Assembly: GCA_964493865.1 (NCBI GenBank) | Contig: CAZBPS010000010.1 | Span: 17,051-81,050 of the forward strand | Reading direction: 5' to 3' | Length of the DNA stretch: 64,000 nt | Source: an uncultured Flavipsychrobacter sp. | Lineage (GTDB): Bacteria > Bacteroidota > Bacteroidia > Chitinophagales > Chitinophagaceae | Shown here: positions 27,428-37,332 of the stretch, one piece after another | Position numbering within the stretch: the first letter of the stretch is position 1 | How the letters are laid out: each line of letters opens with the position of its first letter | Program-made: the position numbers and the translations under genes | Notes under the pieces: model-generated | The model's database searches: none | Told to the model about the DNA's origin: nothing | The model's input: only the letters and a program-made list of their open reading frames with translations

Positions 27428-28240
27428 ATGTTCTTATCGGGAAATCTGAAATTTTTACGAAAAAAAGCAGGCAAAACGCAGGATGCGCTTAGCACAGAGC
27501 TTAAAATAGGCCGCACCACGATAGCCAACTATGAGGCCGGTATCAGCGAGCCAAGTGTGGAGAATTTACTGGCTCTTGCCAATTTTTATGGCGTGTCGCT
27601 CGACAATCTTTTGTCAAAAAATATGGAGGACATTGTCAAGTCCAATGAAAAAGACATTATGCTCAGGAGCGCAATGCCGGGCCAGGCGGCAGGGTACAGC
27701 AATATGCCACGAGTAATAACAGTGGACAATAGCGGGAATGATAATATTATATATGTGCCTGTGAAAGCAAGGGCAGGGTACCTGATAGGATATGGGGATA
27801 CGGAATTTATTGAAACACTGCCCACGTTCCGCTTACCGGGACTAAGCAATTCTACTTATAGAATGTTTGAAGTAGAGGGGCCGTCAATGGCGCCGAATGT
27901 GCTGCACGGCGACCGTATAATTGGCGAATGGGTAGAAGGGCTGGAGAATATACGCGACAACAGGGTGCATGTGGTGGTGCATTCGGAAGGGGTGGCCGTG
28001 AAGCGTGTAGTGAACCGCCTGAAAGAGCGTGGCAAACTTTACCTGAAATCTGATACCATTGTTCACCGCCATGAATTTCCCACAATAGAAATAGACCCCG
28101 CAGATGTGCGCGAAGTGTGGTACGGCCGTATGAAGATAAGCAGCGACTTCAGCGAGCCTGCCGAAGTGTACCATCGACTCGCCGACCTGGAAATGGATAT
28201 GATGGAAATGAAACGCGAGAGGAAGGAGGGGGAGAAATAG
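27428..28240 (+). CDS. XRE-HTH + peptidase S24 (CI/LexA-like) self-cleaving repressor
   Basis: N-terminal HTH (LKFLRKKAGKTQDALSTELKIGRTTIANYEAG), Ala-Gly site KARAGY, catalytic Ser (EGPSM) and Lys (AVKRV). A TACTTTTG -7 box at 27416-27423 lies 4 nt before the ATG. Confidence 0.92.
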   Translation: MFLSGNLKFLRKKAGKTQDALSTELKIGRTTIANYEAGISEPSVENLLALANFYGVSLDNLLSKNMEDIVKSNEKDIMLRSAMPGQAAGYSNMPRVITVDNSGNDNIIYVPVKARAGYLIGYGDTEFIETLPTFRLPGLSNSTYRMFEVEGPSMAPNVLHGDRIIGEWVEGLENIRDNRVHVVVHSEGVAVKRVVNRLKERGKLYLKSDTIVHRHEFPTIEIDPADVREVWYGRMKISSDFSEPAEVYHRLADLEMDMMEMKRERKEGEK

Positions 28241-28528
28241 TTATTTGCCTTGGGAATTGTCTATCAAATCCTGATACTCCGGGTGTTTTTTAATATACAT
28301 TGTCACAAAGGGGCAATATACAATTACTTTTAGGTTGTGCGCCCGGGCATGGTCAAGCACATGCTGCGCCAGTTTATCGCCTATGCCTTTGCCACGCTCT
28401 GATACGGGCACCAGCGTGTGCATGATGACCATGCTGCCACGCAACCATCGGTATTCCATGGTCGCAATTTCTCCTGAAGGAAATGTTATCTCAAACCTGA
28501 ACTGCCTTTTATTGTTTATTATCTCCAT
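28241..28528 (-). CDS. Small GNAT acetyltransferase (YjdJ-like)
   Basis: HTLVPVSERGKGIG, VIVYCPFV. Confidence 0.85.
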   Translation of the reverse strand: MEIINNKRQFRFEITFPSGEIATMEYRWLRGSMVIMHTLVPVSERGKGIGDKLAQHVLDHARAHNLKVIVYCPFVTMYIKKHPEYQDLIDNSQGK

Positions 28529-28582
28529 TGTATATCACAGCTGAGTAGAGAGCCATCCAAAGCGCCTTTACGATTACCACAC

Positions 28583-28614
28583 AAAAATACGGCATGGTTT
28601 TCACCATACCGTAT
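28583..28614 (-). terminator. Probable intrinsic terminator after the YceI gene
   Basis: Bulged stem ATACGGCATGGT/ACCATACCGTAT preceded by an A-tract on the + strand. Confidence 0.5.
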
Positions 28615-28639
28615 ATATAAACACACACCCTATACTTTT

Positions 28640-29233
28640 TTATGCCTTTTGCTTACCAAACTCCATATGCAGTATGATGTTCACCTGGTCGCCTACTACT
28701 GCCCCTCCTGCTTCTGTGAGCGTATTCCATTTCAGGCCATATTCTTTGCGACTTACCTTGCTGCTGGCGTTAAAACCTGCTTTAACGTTGCCCCATGGGT
28801 CTGTAACTGTACCACCATATACCACAGCAAATCTTACTTTTTTGGTTACATCACGAATGGTAAGGTTGCCTTCCAGTGAGTAAATGTTTCCTTTCACTTT
28901 TTTAAATGAAGTGCTTGTAAAGGTCATTTGCGGATATTTCTCGGCATTGAAGAAATCATCGCTTTTCAGGTGCTTGTCGCGGGTTTCTTCATCTGTAGTA
29001 ATCGAGTTTACGTCTGCCGTGAAGTTGATTTTGGCATCAGTAAAATCGGGTGTTGACGACTCAATGTTGCCCTTGAAAGATTTAAACCTTCCCTCTACCT
29101 CCGATACCGTAAGGTGAGAAACCGTGAATTTTATTGATGAGTGGCTGGCGTCATTCGCCCATTTTGTTGCCTGTGCATTTGCTGCTGTAACAAAAAGCAG
29201 AGCTGCGATAAAAATTGAGAACGTTTTTTTCAT
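28640..29233 (-). CDS. YceI family lipid/polyisoprenoid-binding protein
   Basis: Signal peptide from ATG 29233; DASHSSIKF, RDKHLKSDDFF, GNLTIRDVTK, DPWG. Confidence 0.93.
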   Translation of the reverse strand: MKKTFSIFIAALLFVTAANAQATKWANDASHSSIKFTVSHLTVSEVEGRFKSFKGNIESSTPDFTDAKINFTADVNSITTDEETRDKHLKSDDFFNAEKYPQMTFTSTSFKKVKGNIYSLEGNLTIRDVTKKVRFAVVYGGTVTDPWGNVKAGFNASSKVSRKEYGLKWNTLTEAGGAVVGDQVNIILHMEFGKQKA

Positions 29234-29424
29234 AACTAAATTATTGTTTTGGTGAAATTCTGCACAAATGTATGTATCTACATGCATGTTTGTACATAGT
29301 TATTGCTTATGGCTGAATAAATTCTTGCTAAAGAGCTTGATTATTAGTGAATTATGTAAACTGTTAGTATTGGCCAACTCAAACATTTTGACATAAATAG
29401 TAGTATTCACTAACTTCACTTCAA

Positions 29425-32400
29425 ATGATAATAGACGAAAACCTCTTTTTAGAACGGTATAATAAGCTGAATGACCGCCAGAAAGAGGCAGTGGACCATA
29501 TTTATGGCCCGGTAATGGTGATAGCGGGACCCGGCACCGGTAAAACCGAAGTGCTTTCTATGCGTATAGCCAACCTGCTACGCAGCGAAGCCCAGGTGCA
29601 ACCGCATGAGATACTCTGCGTGACCTATACCGAGGAGGCCACAAACTCTATGCGCCGCAGGCTGGTGCAGGTGATAGGCCCAGCCGCCCATAAGGTGAAC
29701 ATACATACCTTTCACGCGTTTTGTAATAATGTTATTCAGAACAACAGTGAGCTGTTCAGCTTCCGGGCATTGCAGACGGTTACAGACCTGGAGCGCACTG
29801 AAATGTTGTATAAGCTATTGGAAGAATTGCCTTCGGGCCATCCGTTGCGTAAACTGAGCGGCAATATCTACTTCGATGCAAGTAAAATAAGCCGACTATT
29901 TGACCTGATGAAGCGGGAATATCTTTCTCCTGAATACATTTCTGAATCTATTGACATATATGTGAAGAGCCTGCCCGAACGCGATGAATACATTTACAAG
30001 CGCGCTGGTAAGGGATTCCAGAAAGGCGACCTGAAGCTGGATAAAATAGAAAGTGAGATAAAAAAGATGGAAGGTACCCGTGCCGCAGCATTATTGTTCA
30101 CGCAATATGAAACAATGATGAAGGAAGCCGGCAGGTATGATTTCAATGATATGATCATTTGGGTACTGGAAGCATTCAAGCAAAACCCGGCGCTGCTGCA
30201 AAGCTACCAGGAGCGCTACCAGTTCATACTGGTAGATGAATTTCAGGATACCAATGGTGCACAGAATGAACTTATTAACCTGCTTACCTCCTACTGGGAC
30301 GACCCAAATATATTTGTAGTAGGCGATGATGACCAGGGGGTATATGAATTTCAGGGGGCACGAATTAAAAACATTGTTGAGTTTTACGAACGGTATAAAG
30401 AGCATATAGAAATAGTGGTGCTGCCGCACAACTACCGCTCATCTCAGCCAATACTGGATAAGGCAATGTCGTCTATACAGTACAATAAGCAACGCCTGAT
30501 AAACCAATTGCATGAGCTGGAACTGGATAAAAATATCATCGCAGCATCGGAGCGGTTTAAAGACGGTTCTGATACCGTGAAGCCAGTAATAAAAGCATAC
30601 AACAATACACTACAGGAAGAAGCAGATATTGTATTGCAGGTGGAACAATTGCAACGAATGGGTGTGGCGCTTAACCAGGTAGCTATAATCTACGCACAAC
30701 ATAAACAGGCTACAAACATTATAGACATTATGCAGCGCAGGGGCATCCCCTACAATGTGAAAAAGCCTGTCGATATACTGAAACTGCCACTGATATGGCA
30801 GATACTCAACATTCTGGAATACTTAGAGATAGAACGGAAAAAGACGTTTGATGGTGAAGAGCTTTTATTCGAGCTGATGCACTCTCCGTACTTCGGTATT
30901 GCAGCCACAGATATTGCGCAACTGGCCCTTTATATGCAGCACAGCAGAAAGGACAAAGGCCCTGTACGCTGGCGACTGCTGCTGGCCAATGTATTACTGC
31001 TGGAAAGTTTGGGGTTGAAATCAGCCAAAGCAATGGCACGCTTAGGAAACCGACTGGAGGAATGGGAAACATTGCAATTGTCATTGCCTTTGCCTTTGCT
31101 TCTTGAAAAAATAATTTATGAAAGCGGCATCGTTGCGCACATGATGCGCACACCAGACCACGTATGGGGCATACAGGTGCTATACACGTTCTTTGAATTT
31201 ATAAAAGACACTTATAGCCGCAACCCAAAAATAAAACCGGAAGGCCTGCTGCAGATGATAAAGCGCATGAATGATGAGCAGATAGTCCTGCCCATACAAC
31301 GCGTAATACAGAATGAGAACGGCGTTCACTTTTATACCGCTCACAGCTCTAAAGGAAATGAGTTTGAATATGTATTCCTCATTGGTTGCACTAAAACCTT
31401 CTGGGAAGAAAAAAGAGGCGGTAACAATGAATACCGAATGCCGGATACAATTACAGCAACGGAAGAAGACACTCAGAAAACAAATAAAACAGAAGTAGCC
31501 CGCAGGCTCTTTTACGTCGCAATGACCAGGGCGAAAAAGCACCTGCACATTTCATTTGCTACCAGCGAGAACTCCGGTAAGCCTTTGGAAACGTCGGTAT
31601 TCGTTGACGAGATATGCCCACCGGAAGAACGAATTGTGGAAACTGTGCCTACCTCGGAATTGGTAAAATTCATGGCCGAAGCCATTGAGCCGGTTCCCGA
31701 GGTTCGTATAAAAACAGCAAATGCCCAATGGATAGACCGCGAGCTACAGCAAATTGCCATCAGCGCAACTTCTTTATCGAAGTTTTTGCAATGTCCGCTC
31801 ACTTTTTATTATGAGAACATACTGAAAGTACCTTTCCAGAAAAATGACGCACTGGCATTTGGCAGCGCGGTACATACAGCTCTGGAAAAGATGTTTCTGG
31901 ATATGAAAGCAAAGAACGGTGAGTTCCCCACAAAAGAAGATGTGCTGGGCATATTCCGGTCGGCATTGTTTTCAGAAGTCTCCTGCTTTACCCCAGTCCA
32001 GTTTGACCGCAGAATGGAACAGGGAACAACATTGCTATCGGAATATTACGACCACTATATAAGTTCCTTCCATAAGGATGTGGAAATAGAACTTAAAATA
32101 CCACGCTATTCCTTAGACGGCGTACCTATTACCGGTAAAATAGATAAAATGGAACTGAGCGGTGATAGCTGCAAAGTTGTGGATTACAAAACCGGCGACC
32201 CGGATAAATATGCAAGCAGTATGATACTGGCACCCAACGAAAAACAGCCGATGGGCGGCGACTATTGGCGGCAGATGGTATTCTACAAAATACTGATAGA
32301 GAACTACGAAGAAAAAAAGCGGAATGTATCTGAAGGCATGTTTGATTTTATTCAGAAAGGGAAGAACGGTGAATACAAGCAGGTTAAAATACCTATGTTC

Positions 32401-32574
32401 CCCCAGGATGAAGAAATAGTGCGCGGACAGATTAAGGATGTTTACACCCGTATCATGAACCATGAGTTTGACCGTGGCTGCGGCGAGGAAAGCTGCCACT
32501 GGTGCAACTTCGCAAAACGCTATGAACTGATACGCCCCGCTAAAGACGAGGTTGTTGAAATGGATGATGTATAA
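29425..32574 (+). CDS. UvrD/PcrA-family helicase fused to a C-terminal PD-(D/E)XK nuclease
   Basis: AGPGTGKT, LVDEFQDTN, VGDDDQ, NYRS, LFYVAMTRAK; C-terminal CPLTFYYE, GKIDK, VVDYKTG, C..C..C cysteine cluster. Confidence 0.93.
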   Translation: MIIDENLFLERYNKLNDRQKEAVDHIYGPVMVIAGPGTGKTEVLSMRIANLLRSEAQVQPHEILCVTYTEEATNSMRRRLVQVIGPAAHKVNIHTFHAFCNNVIQNNSELFSFRALQTVTDLERTEMLYKLLEELPSGHPLRKLSGNIYFDASKISRLFDLMKREYLSPEYISESIDIYVKSLPERDEYIYKRAGKGFQKGDLKLDKIESEIKKMEGTRAAALLFTQYETMMKEAGRYDFNDMIIWVLEAFKQNPALLQSYQERYQFILVDEFQDTNGAQNELINLLTSYWDDPNIFVVGDDDQGVYEFQGARIKNIVEFYERYKEHIEIVVLPHNYRSSQPILDKAMSSIQYNKQRLINQLHELELDKNIIAASERFKDGSDTVKPVIKAYNNTLQEEADIVLQVEQLQRMGVALNQVAIIYAQHKQATNIIDIMQRRGIPYNVKKPVDILKLPLIWQILNILEYLEIERKKTFDGEELLFELMHSPYFGIAATDIAQLALYMQHSRKDKGPVRWRLLLANVLLLESLGLKSAKAMARLGNRLEEWETLQLSLPLPLLLEKIIYESGIVAHMMRTPDHVWGIQVLYTFFEFIKDTYSRNPKIKPEGLLQMIKRMNDEQIVLPIQRVIQNENGVHFYTAHSSKGNEFEYVFLIGCTKTFWEEKRGGNNEYRMPDTITATEEDTQKTNKTEVARRLFYVAMTRAKKHLHISFATSENSGKPLETSVFVDEICPPEERIVETVPTSELVKFMAEAIEPVPEVRIKTANAQWIDRELQQIAISATSLSKFLQCPLTFYYENILKVPFQKNDALAFGSAVHTALEKMFLDMKAKNGEFPTKEDVLGIFRSALFSEVSCFTPVQFDRRMEQGTTLLSEYYDHYISSFHKDVEIELKIPRYSLDGVPITGKIDKMELSGDSCKVVDYKTGDPDKYASSMILAPNEKQPMGGDYWRQMVFYKILIENYEEKKRNVSEGMFDFIQKGKNGEYKQVKIPMFPQDEEIVRGQIKDVYTRIMNHEFDRGCGEESCHWCNFAKRYELIRPAKDEVVEMDDV

Positions 32575-32623
32575 ATGAATAACGGGGACATTATGCCCCG
32601 TTATTCATTCACCTATGATAATC

Positions 32624-33355
32624 TCACAACTTTATTTCCTGCTGCAACTGCTTTTCTTCAATTTCTTTATCGTGCTTCCATACAAGCTTGCCATTCTCGT
32701 ATAGTTCCAGATATGGCACTCCGTTTATTCCTTTTTCTTTCAGCAGGGCTTTATGCTCGTCGGCATCTATCCGCACCAGGGCCATTTTGTCTTTTCTCTT
32801 TGCCGTATATGCTTCCAGCATTGGCAGCATTTTTTTACATGGGGCGCACCATTTTGCGTTGTAGTCTACCAGCACATATTTTTTTTGCATGAGCAGCTTG
32901 CTAAATTCTGCACTGGTCATACCTGCAGGCGGAGGTGGTGCGTTGCCCGTTACCACAGATTTACCTGCACCTTCCCATTTCATAATACCTCCGTCCATAT
33001 TATAGACTTCCTTGAAGCCCATACCTTGCATAATCTTTGCCGCATTACCACTGCGTCCGCCAGACAAGCAATATACAAACACAGGCTTTGACTTGTCGAG
33101 TGTATTGAACTGCTGCTCATAGTCATCCCCTTTCACATTCATATTCACGGCCCCTTTCAAATGGCCATTACTGTATTCACCGGGTGTCCTTACATCCACC
33201 AGTTGTGCTCCGGGTGTTTGTGCCAGTTTTTTCTCAAATTGCTCTACCGGTATCGTTTCCTTTATAGAGCCCGTTTGCGCGTTGCTGTTAGAATTCTGAC
33301 ATGCAGCAAGGCCTATCATTAACACTAAAGTCGCTATTGAAAATAATTTTCTCAT
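32624..33355 (-). CDS. Lipoprotein with rhodanese and thioredoxin domains
   Basis: Lipobox LAAC, DVRTPGEY, YCLSGGRS, WCAPC. Confidence 0.9.
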   Translation of the reverse strand: MRKLFSIATLVLMIGLAACQNSNSNAQTGSIKETIPVEQFEKKLAQTPGAQLVDVRTPGEYSNGHLKGAVNMNVKGDDYEQQFNTLDKSKPVFVYCLSGGRSGNAAKIMQGMGFKEVYNMDGGIMKWEGAGKSVVTGNAPPPPAGMTSAEFSKLLMQKKYVLVDYNAKWCAPCKKMLPMLEAYTAKRKDKMALVRIDADEHKALLKEKGINGVPYLELYENGKLVWKHDKEIEEKQLQQEIKL

Positions 33356-33428
33356 GTGCTTATTTATTTAAAAAACAAATTTATAAATTGTATCTACTAT
33401 TGTTTATGATTCTTGTCAGTCTATGGGA

Positions 33429-33731
33429 TCATGCATTTTGCTCAATCACCTGCTTTAAGTGGTTTGCCGGTACCACTCCTGATTGCCGCCACAATACACG
33501 CCCTTCTTTAAACAACATCAAAGTTGGCACTCCAGATATGCTGTATTGTCTCGCAGCATCGGGATTCTTATCTACATCCACTTTAATAATAGTGGCCTTG
33601 TCGCCAATGTTCTTTTTTAGTTCAGAAAGTATGGGCGCCATCATTTTGCATGGGCCGCACCATTCAGCCGAAAAGTCAACCAGTACCGGCTTTGGATCAT
33701 TTATGATCTCTGAGAATTTTTTTGCTTCCAT
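33429..33731 (-). CDS. trxA: Thioredoxin
   Basis: [18 protein letters not shown]. Confidence 0.92.
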   Translation of the reverse strand: MEAKKFSEIINDPKPVLVDFSAEWCGPCKMMAPILSELKKNIGDKATIIKVDVDKNPDAARQYSISGVPTLMLFKEGRVLWRQSGVVPANHLKQVIEQNA

Positions 33732-33740
33732 AGTTGTTTG

Positions 33741-33995
33741 TTATTTTACTTCTTCATATTCTATATCTTCAGTCCCTTCCTTTTTAGCAGCAGTTTTACC
33801 GGATGGTGTGTAGCACCCCTGAGTGCCACAGCAACCTGTATCTGTAACTGCCTGGTAAAGAAAAAATATACTGAACAATCCTACGGCCCAATCGTGGGTC
33901 TGTATACCTACTACCAAAAGCCATACACCTATAGCTAGCCTCATGATGCGCATCAGGTGCCAATTGGTAAGTAATCTTTGTTTTATCGAATCCAT
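33741..33995 (-). CDS. Small membrane protein with GCCG..C motif (DUF2892-like)
   Basis: Two hydrophobic helices followed by TGCCGTQGC; embedded in the operon. Confidence 0.7.
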   Translation of the reverse strand: MDSIKQRLLTNWHLMRIMRLAIGVWLLVVGIQTHDWAVGLFSIFFLYQAVTDTGCCGTQGCYTPSGKTAAKKEGTEDIEYEEVK

Positions 33996-34009
33996 TTTTA
34001 TGCGATTTA

Positions 34010-35689
34010 TTATGCTAAAACTCTTTCTTCAGTTAAGGCCCTTTCTTTATTAATTGCTTTCCACAGTGCAAAACCTCCTGAAATATTGCTCACATGCTCA
34101 TATCCGTTTTGTACAAGTATTCTTTGGGCCAGATATCCCCTTAATCCTATCTGGCAGAATATGTAAATGTTTTTTTCTTTTGGTAGCTCATTCATTCGCC
34201 CGCGCAATTCATCTATGGGTATGTTTATTGCCCCCGGCATTGTATCTTCTTTATACTCTTCCTGTGACCTTACATCAACTAATATGCCATCCTCACCAAG
34301 GCTTTTAATATCATGCCAGTAAATGACTTTAAGTCTGTTCTGCATTATATTCTCTGCTACAAAACCAGCCATATTTACCGGATCCTTCGCAGATGAATAG
34401 GGCGGAGCATAAGCATGTTCAAATTCGGTAAGGTCATAAATGGTGCCATTGCCTTTAATAACTGATGCCAGAATATCTGCACGCTTATCAGCGCCATCAT
34501 ATCCCGCCACCTGTGCGCCAAGCAGCCTGCCGTCCTTCGGTGAAAATGTAATCTGTATGGTCATTTGCTTTGCATCCGGATAATAACCTGCATGGGAACC
34601 ACTATGTGTTGTAGATACCAAGTGATCGATATTTGCCCGCTTCAGATGTTTGGATGCCATACCTGTAGTAGCAATGGTCATATCGAACAACTTCACAATG
34701 GCTGTGTTTATCGCACCATTATATTTTTGCGTATTCCCAAGCACTATATTATTGGCGCAGATGCGGCCTTGCTTATTTGCCGGCCCAGCCAGGTAGGTGT
34801 TCATCGCCTGTCCGGTAATGGGATTGGTAAACTCTATTGCATCACCTACCGCATATATATCAGGATCGGATGTCTGGAGATACTCATTTACAAATATTCC
34901 TTTAGCGCTGCCCAGTTTTAACCCGGCCTGCTCTGCCAGCCTGGTGTCTGGCCTTACACCTATGGAAAGGATGACAACGTCTGCTGCTAAAACACTCCCG
35001 TTTTTCAAAAGCACATCTAAGCCGCCCCCGTTTTGCTCAAAGCCGGAGACTGTCGTATTCAATTTCAGGTCTACCCCTTTTGAACGCAGATGCTGTTGCG
35101 CCAGCGCAGCTATCGGAAAATCAACCGGTGCCAGTATCTGCTCTCCCATCTCTATGACCGTAACATCCATGCCTATACCATGCAGGCTTTCCGCCATCTC
35201 CAAACCTATGAACCCGGCACCCACTATCACCGCTTTGCCCGACCTGTTCCTGTCAACATAGGCTTTTATATAATCAGTATCCGTTACATTCCGCAGAGTG
35301 AAGATACCCGGCAGCGAGATACCCGGCAGCGGTGGACGTATAGGCTCTGCACCCGGAGATAACACTAACTTATCGTATCGCTCCTCATAGCTCTCTCCCG
35401 TCTCCAGGTTTATAGCCTTTATCATCTTTGCTGCCGGGTCTATAGCGGTCACCTCTGTTCTTACCCGCACATCTATATTGAACCGCTTATTAAATGCTGC
35501 CGCTGTTTGTACAAAAAGTTTGTTCCGGTCTTTTATTACCTCTCCTATATAATAAGGTAAGCCACAGTTGGCATAAGAGATGTAAGCCCCTTTTTCGAAA
35601 ATCACTATTTCCGCATGTTCATCCAGCCTGCGCAATCTTGCCGCCGTACTTGCCCCTCCCGCAACTGCTCCAACTATTACGTATTTCAT
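34010..35689 (-). CDS. CoA-disulfide reductase with C-terminal rhodanese domain (CoADR-RHD)
   Basis: GAVAGG FAD motif, SYANCGLPY redox Cys, GAGFIG, YAPPYS, rhodanese FCQIGLRG. Confidence 0.93.
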   Translation of the reverse strand: MKYVIVGAVAGGASTAARLRRLDEHAEIVIFEKGAYISYANCGLPYYIGEVIKDRNKLFVQTAAAFNKRFNIDVRVRTEVTAIDPAAKMIKAINLETGESYEERYDKLVLSPGAEPIRPPLPGISLPGIFTLRNVTDTDYIKAYVDRNRSGKAVIVGAGFIGLEMAESLHGIGMDVTVIEMGEQILAPVDFPIAALAQQHLRSKGVDLKLNTTVSGFEQNGGGLDVLLKNGSVLAADVVILSIGVRPDTRLAEQAGLKLGSAKGIFVNEYLQTSDPDIYAVGDAIEFTNPITGQAMNTYLAGPANKQGRICANNIVLGNTQKYNGAINTAIVKLFDMTIATTGMASKHLKRANIDHLVSTTHSGSHAGYYPDAKQMTIQITFSPKDGRLLGAQVAGYDGADKRADILASVIKGNGTIYDLTEFEHAYAPPYSSAKDPVNMAGFVAENIMQNRLKVIYWHDIKSLGEDGILVDVRSQEEYKEDTMPGAINIPIDELRGRMNELPKEKNIYIFCQIGLRGYLAQRILVQNGYEHVSNISGGFALWKAINKERALTEERVLA

Positions 35690-35692
35690 ATC

Positions 35693-36301
35693 CTATTTTT
35701 TCCTCCCGGTAAATCTTACCACATTGGCTACGCCTTGATGGTAACTACCCTCATCCAATATTATTTCTGTTTCTTCGTTTATAAGTATATCCAACATACC
35801 CAACTCTCTCTCAAGGTCTTTATCAGTAGCTAACAAACTTGAATCCTTGGGCCCACCTGATGTGTTTTGCAATTGGGCCGGCGTAAACAACTCTGTTATA
35901 TAGTGGCCTCCGGGCTTCAGCCATTTCATAGCATTTGCATAAAAGGTCTTCCTGACATCCTCAGGCAGGTGAAAAAATACAGCACCTACTGCATCAAAGT
36001 ATTTCTCGGGGTAAACGGCCTCAGTTATATTTTTGCAATCATAGACTATATTCACTCCTTTCTCATCAGCCAGCCTTAACGCCTTTGTTCTCCCTTCTTC
36101 ACTCAGGTCCAGACAATACACTTCCCACCCTTTAGTAGCAGCATATATAGCATCCCGTCCTTCTCCTGCTCCCGGTATCAAAATCCTGCCGGAGCTGAGT
36201 TTATCTATCTCTGATTTGAAAAAGCTATTGGGCTCTTTCCCGTAAGCATATTCGGATGCTGAAAATCGTTTGTCCCAGAAAGCCTTAATGTCTTGATCCA
36301 T
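35693..36301 (-). CDS. Class I SAM-dependent methyltransferase
   Basis: FWDKRF, YGKEPN, PGAGEGRDA, LKPGG. Confidence 0.88.
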   Translation of the reverse strand: MDQDIKAFWDKRFSASEYAYGKEPNSFFKSEIDKLSSGRILIPGAGEGRDAIYAATKGWEVYCLDLSEEGRTKALRLADEKGVNIVYDCKNITEAVYPEKYFDAVGAVFFHLPEDVRKTFYANAMKWLKPGGHYITELFTPAQLQNTSGGPKDSSLLATDKDLERELGMLDILINEETEIILDEGSYHQGVANVVRFTGRKK

Positions 36302-36310
36302 GTCTAAAAG

Positions 36311-36622
36311 TTATCTTTCATACTTTTTGAGGTTATACCAGCTACCGCCATTATAGACAGTAAAACCATTAGACTGTAGTATAGACCTCGCCGAACCACT
36401 CCTCATGCCTGATGCACAACAGGTGATAATCGGTTTATCTTTTTTCAATTTTGACATTTGTGACGAGAGGGCCTGCAGCGGAATATTTACTGAATTCTTC
36501 AGGTGCCCTCCGGCATATTCTCCGGTTGTCCTCACGTCAATAATTACGGCACCCTTAGCTATCACCTCGCCCAGGTCCACCTTGGGGCCTATGCCCAGCA
36601 ATTTTTTAATTGTCTCTATCAT
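36311..36622 (-). CDS. Single-domain rhodanese
   Basis: IDVRTTGEY, GHLKNSVNIPL, CCASGMRS. Confidence 0.9.
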   Translation of the reverse strand: MIETIKKLLGIGPKVDLGEVIAKGAVIIDVRTTGEYAGGHLKNSVNIPLQALSSQMSKLKKDKPIITCCASGMRSGSARSILQSNGFTVYNGGSWYNLKKYER

Positions 36623-36623
36623 A

Positions 36624-36905
36624 TCAGTTGTTGTTTACGTAAAAGTTTACATCTGTCCACGGACCTCCGTTATAGCAGTCTATTCCATTCTGTTTCAGAA
36701 AAACTGCGGCATTTCCGCTTCTCATTCCCGATGCGCAGCAAAGCACAATGTTCTTCTTATCTTTCAATTCGCCTATACGAATGGGCAGTTCATTGAGTGG
36801 AATGTTAATGCTGCCGGCCACATGGCCCCCCATAAATTCTGCTGGTGTCCTCACGTCTACTACTGTAGCGTTTCCTGTTTTCAATAAATCTGTGATGTTG
36901 TTCAT
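36624..36905 (-). CDS. Single-domain rhodanese
   Basis: VDVRTPAEF, GHVAGSINIPL, CCASGMRS. Confidence 0.9.
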   Translation of the reverse strand: MNNITDLLKTGNATVVDVRTPAEFMGGHVAGSINIPLNELPIRIGELKDKKNIVLCCASGMRSGNAAVFLKQNGIDCYNGGPWTDVNFYVNNN

Positions 36906-36917
36906 ATTTGTTTTTGT

Positions 36918-37109
36918 TTATTTTTTCTTTAGTGAGCTGAACAGCAGTCCGCCAAGTAGTGAACCGTATATCGTGCTGTTCAAAGGTTTTGAGGTGATCA
37001 TGCATTGCCCGGATGCGCAGCCGATAAAATACCAGTAGCACCAGCCGGCTATTGCCCCAACAATAACACCCGCTATCTCCAGCTTGTATTTAAGAATTCT
37101 TGTTTTCAT
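36918..37109 (-). CDS. DUF6132-like small membrane protein
   Basis: GAIAGWCYWYFIGCASGQCMITSKP...YG. Confidence 0.75.
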   Translation of the reverse strand: MKTRILKYKLEIAGVIVGAIAGWCYWYFIGCASGQCMITSKPLNSTIYGSLLGGLLFSSLKKK

Positions 37110-37308
37110 CTTTTTTGCAGGTATTAATTCCGAAAGGAAGGTATAACGGACAGAACCTTATAAAGCCAGTCAGAATAAATACTATCGCCAGGGCGAATAA
37201 TACTATCGCCATTGTGCCGGTGATAACATTGGTTACATAAAGTGTAATGATAACAGCAGCAATAAGGATGCGAATTATGCTATCAACTGTACCCATATTC
37301 TTTTTCAT
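37090..37308 (-). CDS. DUF2892 (YgaP-like) membrane protein
   Basis: MKKNMGTVDSIIRI...FCPLYLPFGINTC. Confidence 0.88.
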   Translation of the reverse strand: MKKNMGTVDSIIRILIAAVIITLYVTNVITGTMAIVLFALAIVFILTGFIRFCPLYLPFGINTCKKDENKNS

Positions 37309-37332
37309 AAGAAGTAGTTTTTAAATTTAAGG

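Noticed and set aside
26283-28240. Intact prophage or ICE
   Set aside because: No integrase, terminase, structural, replication or conjugation genes, and no att-like direct repeats seen; the flanks are ordinary chromosomal genes.
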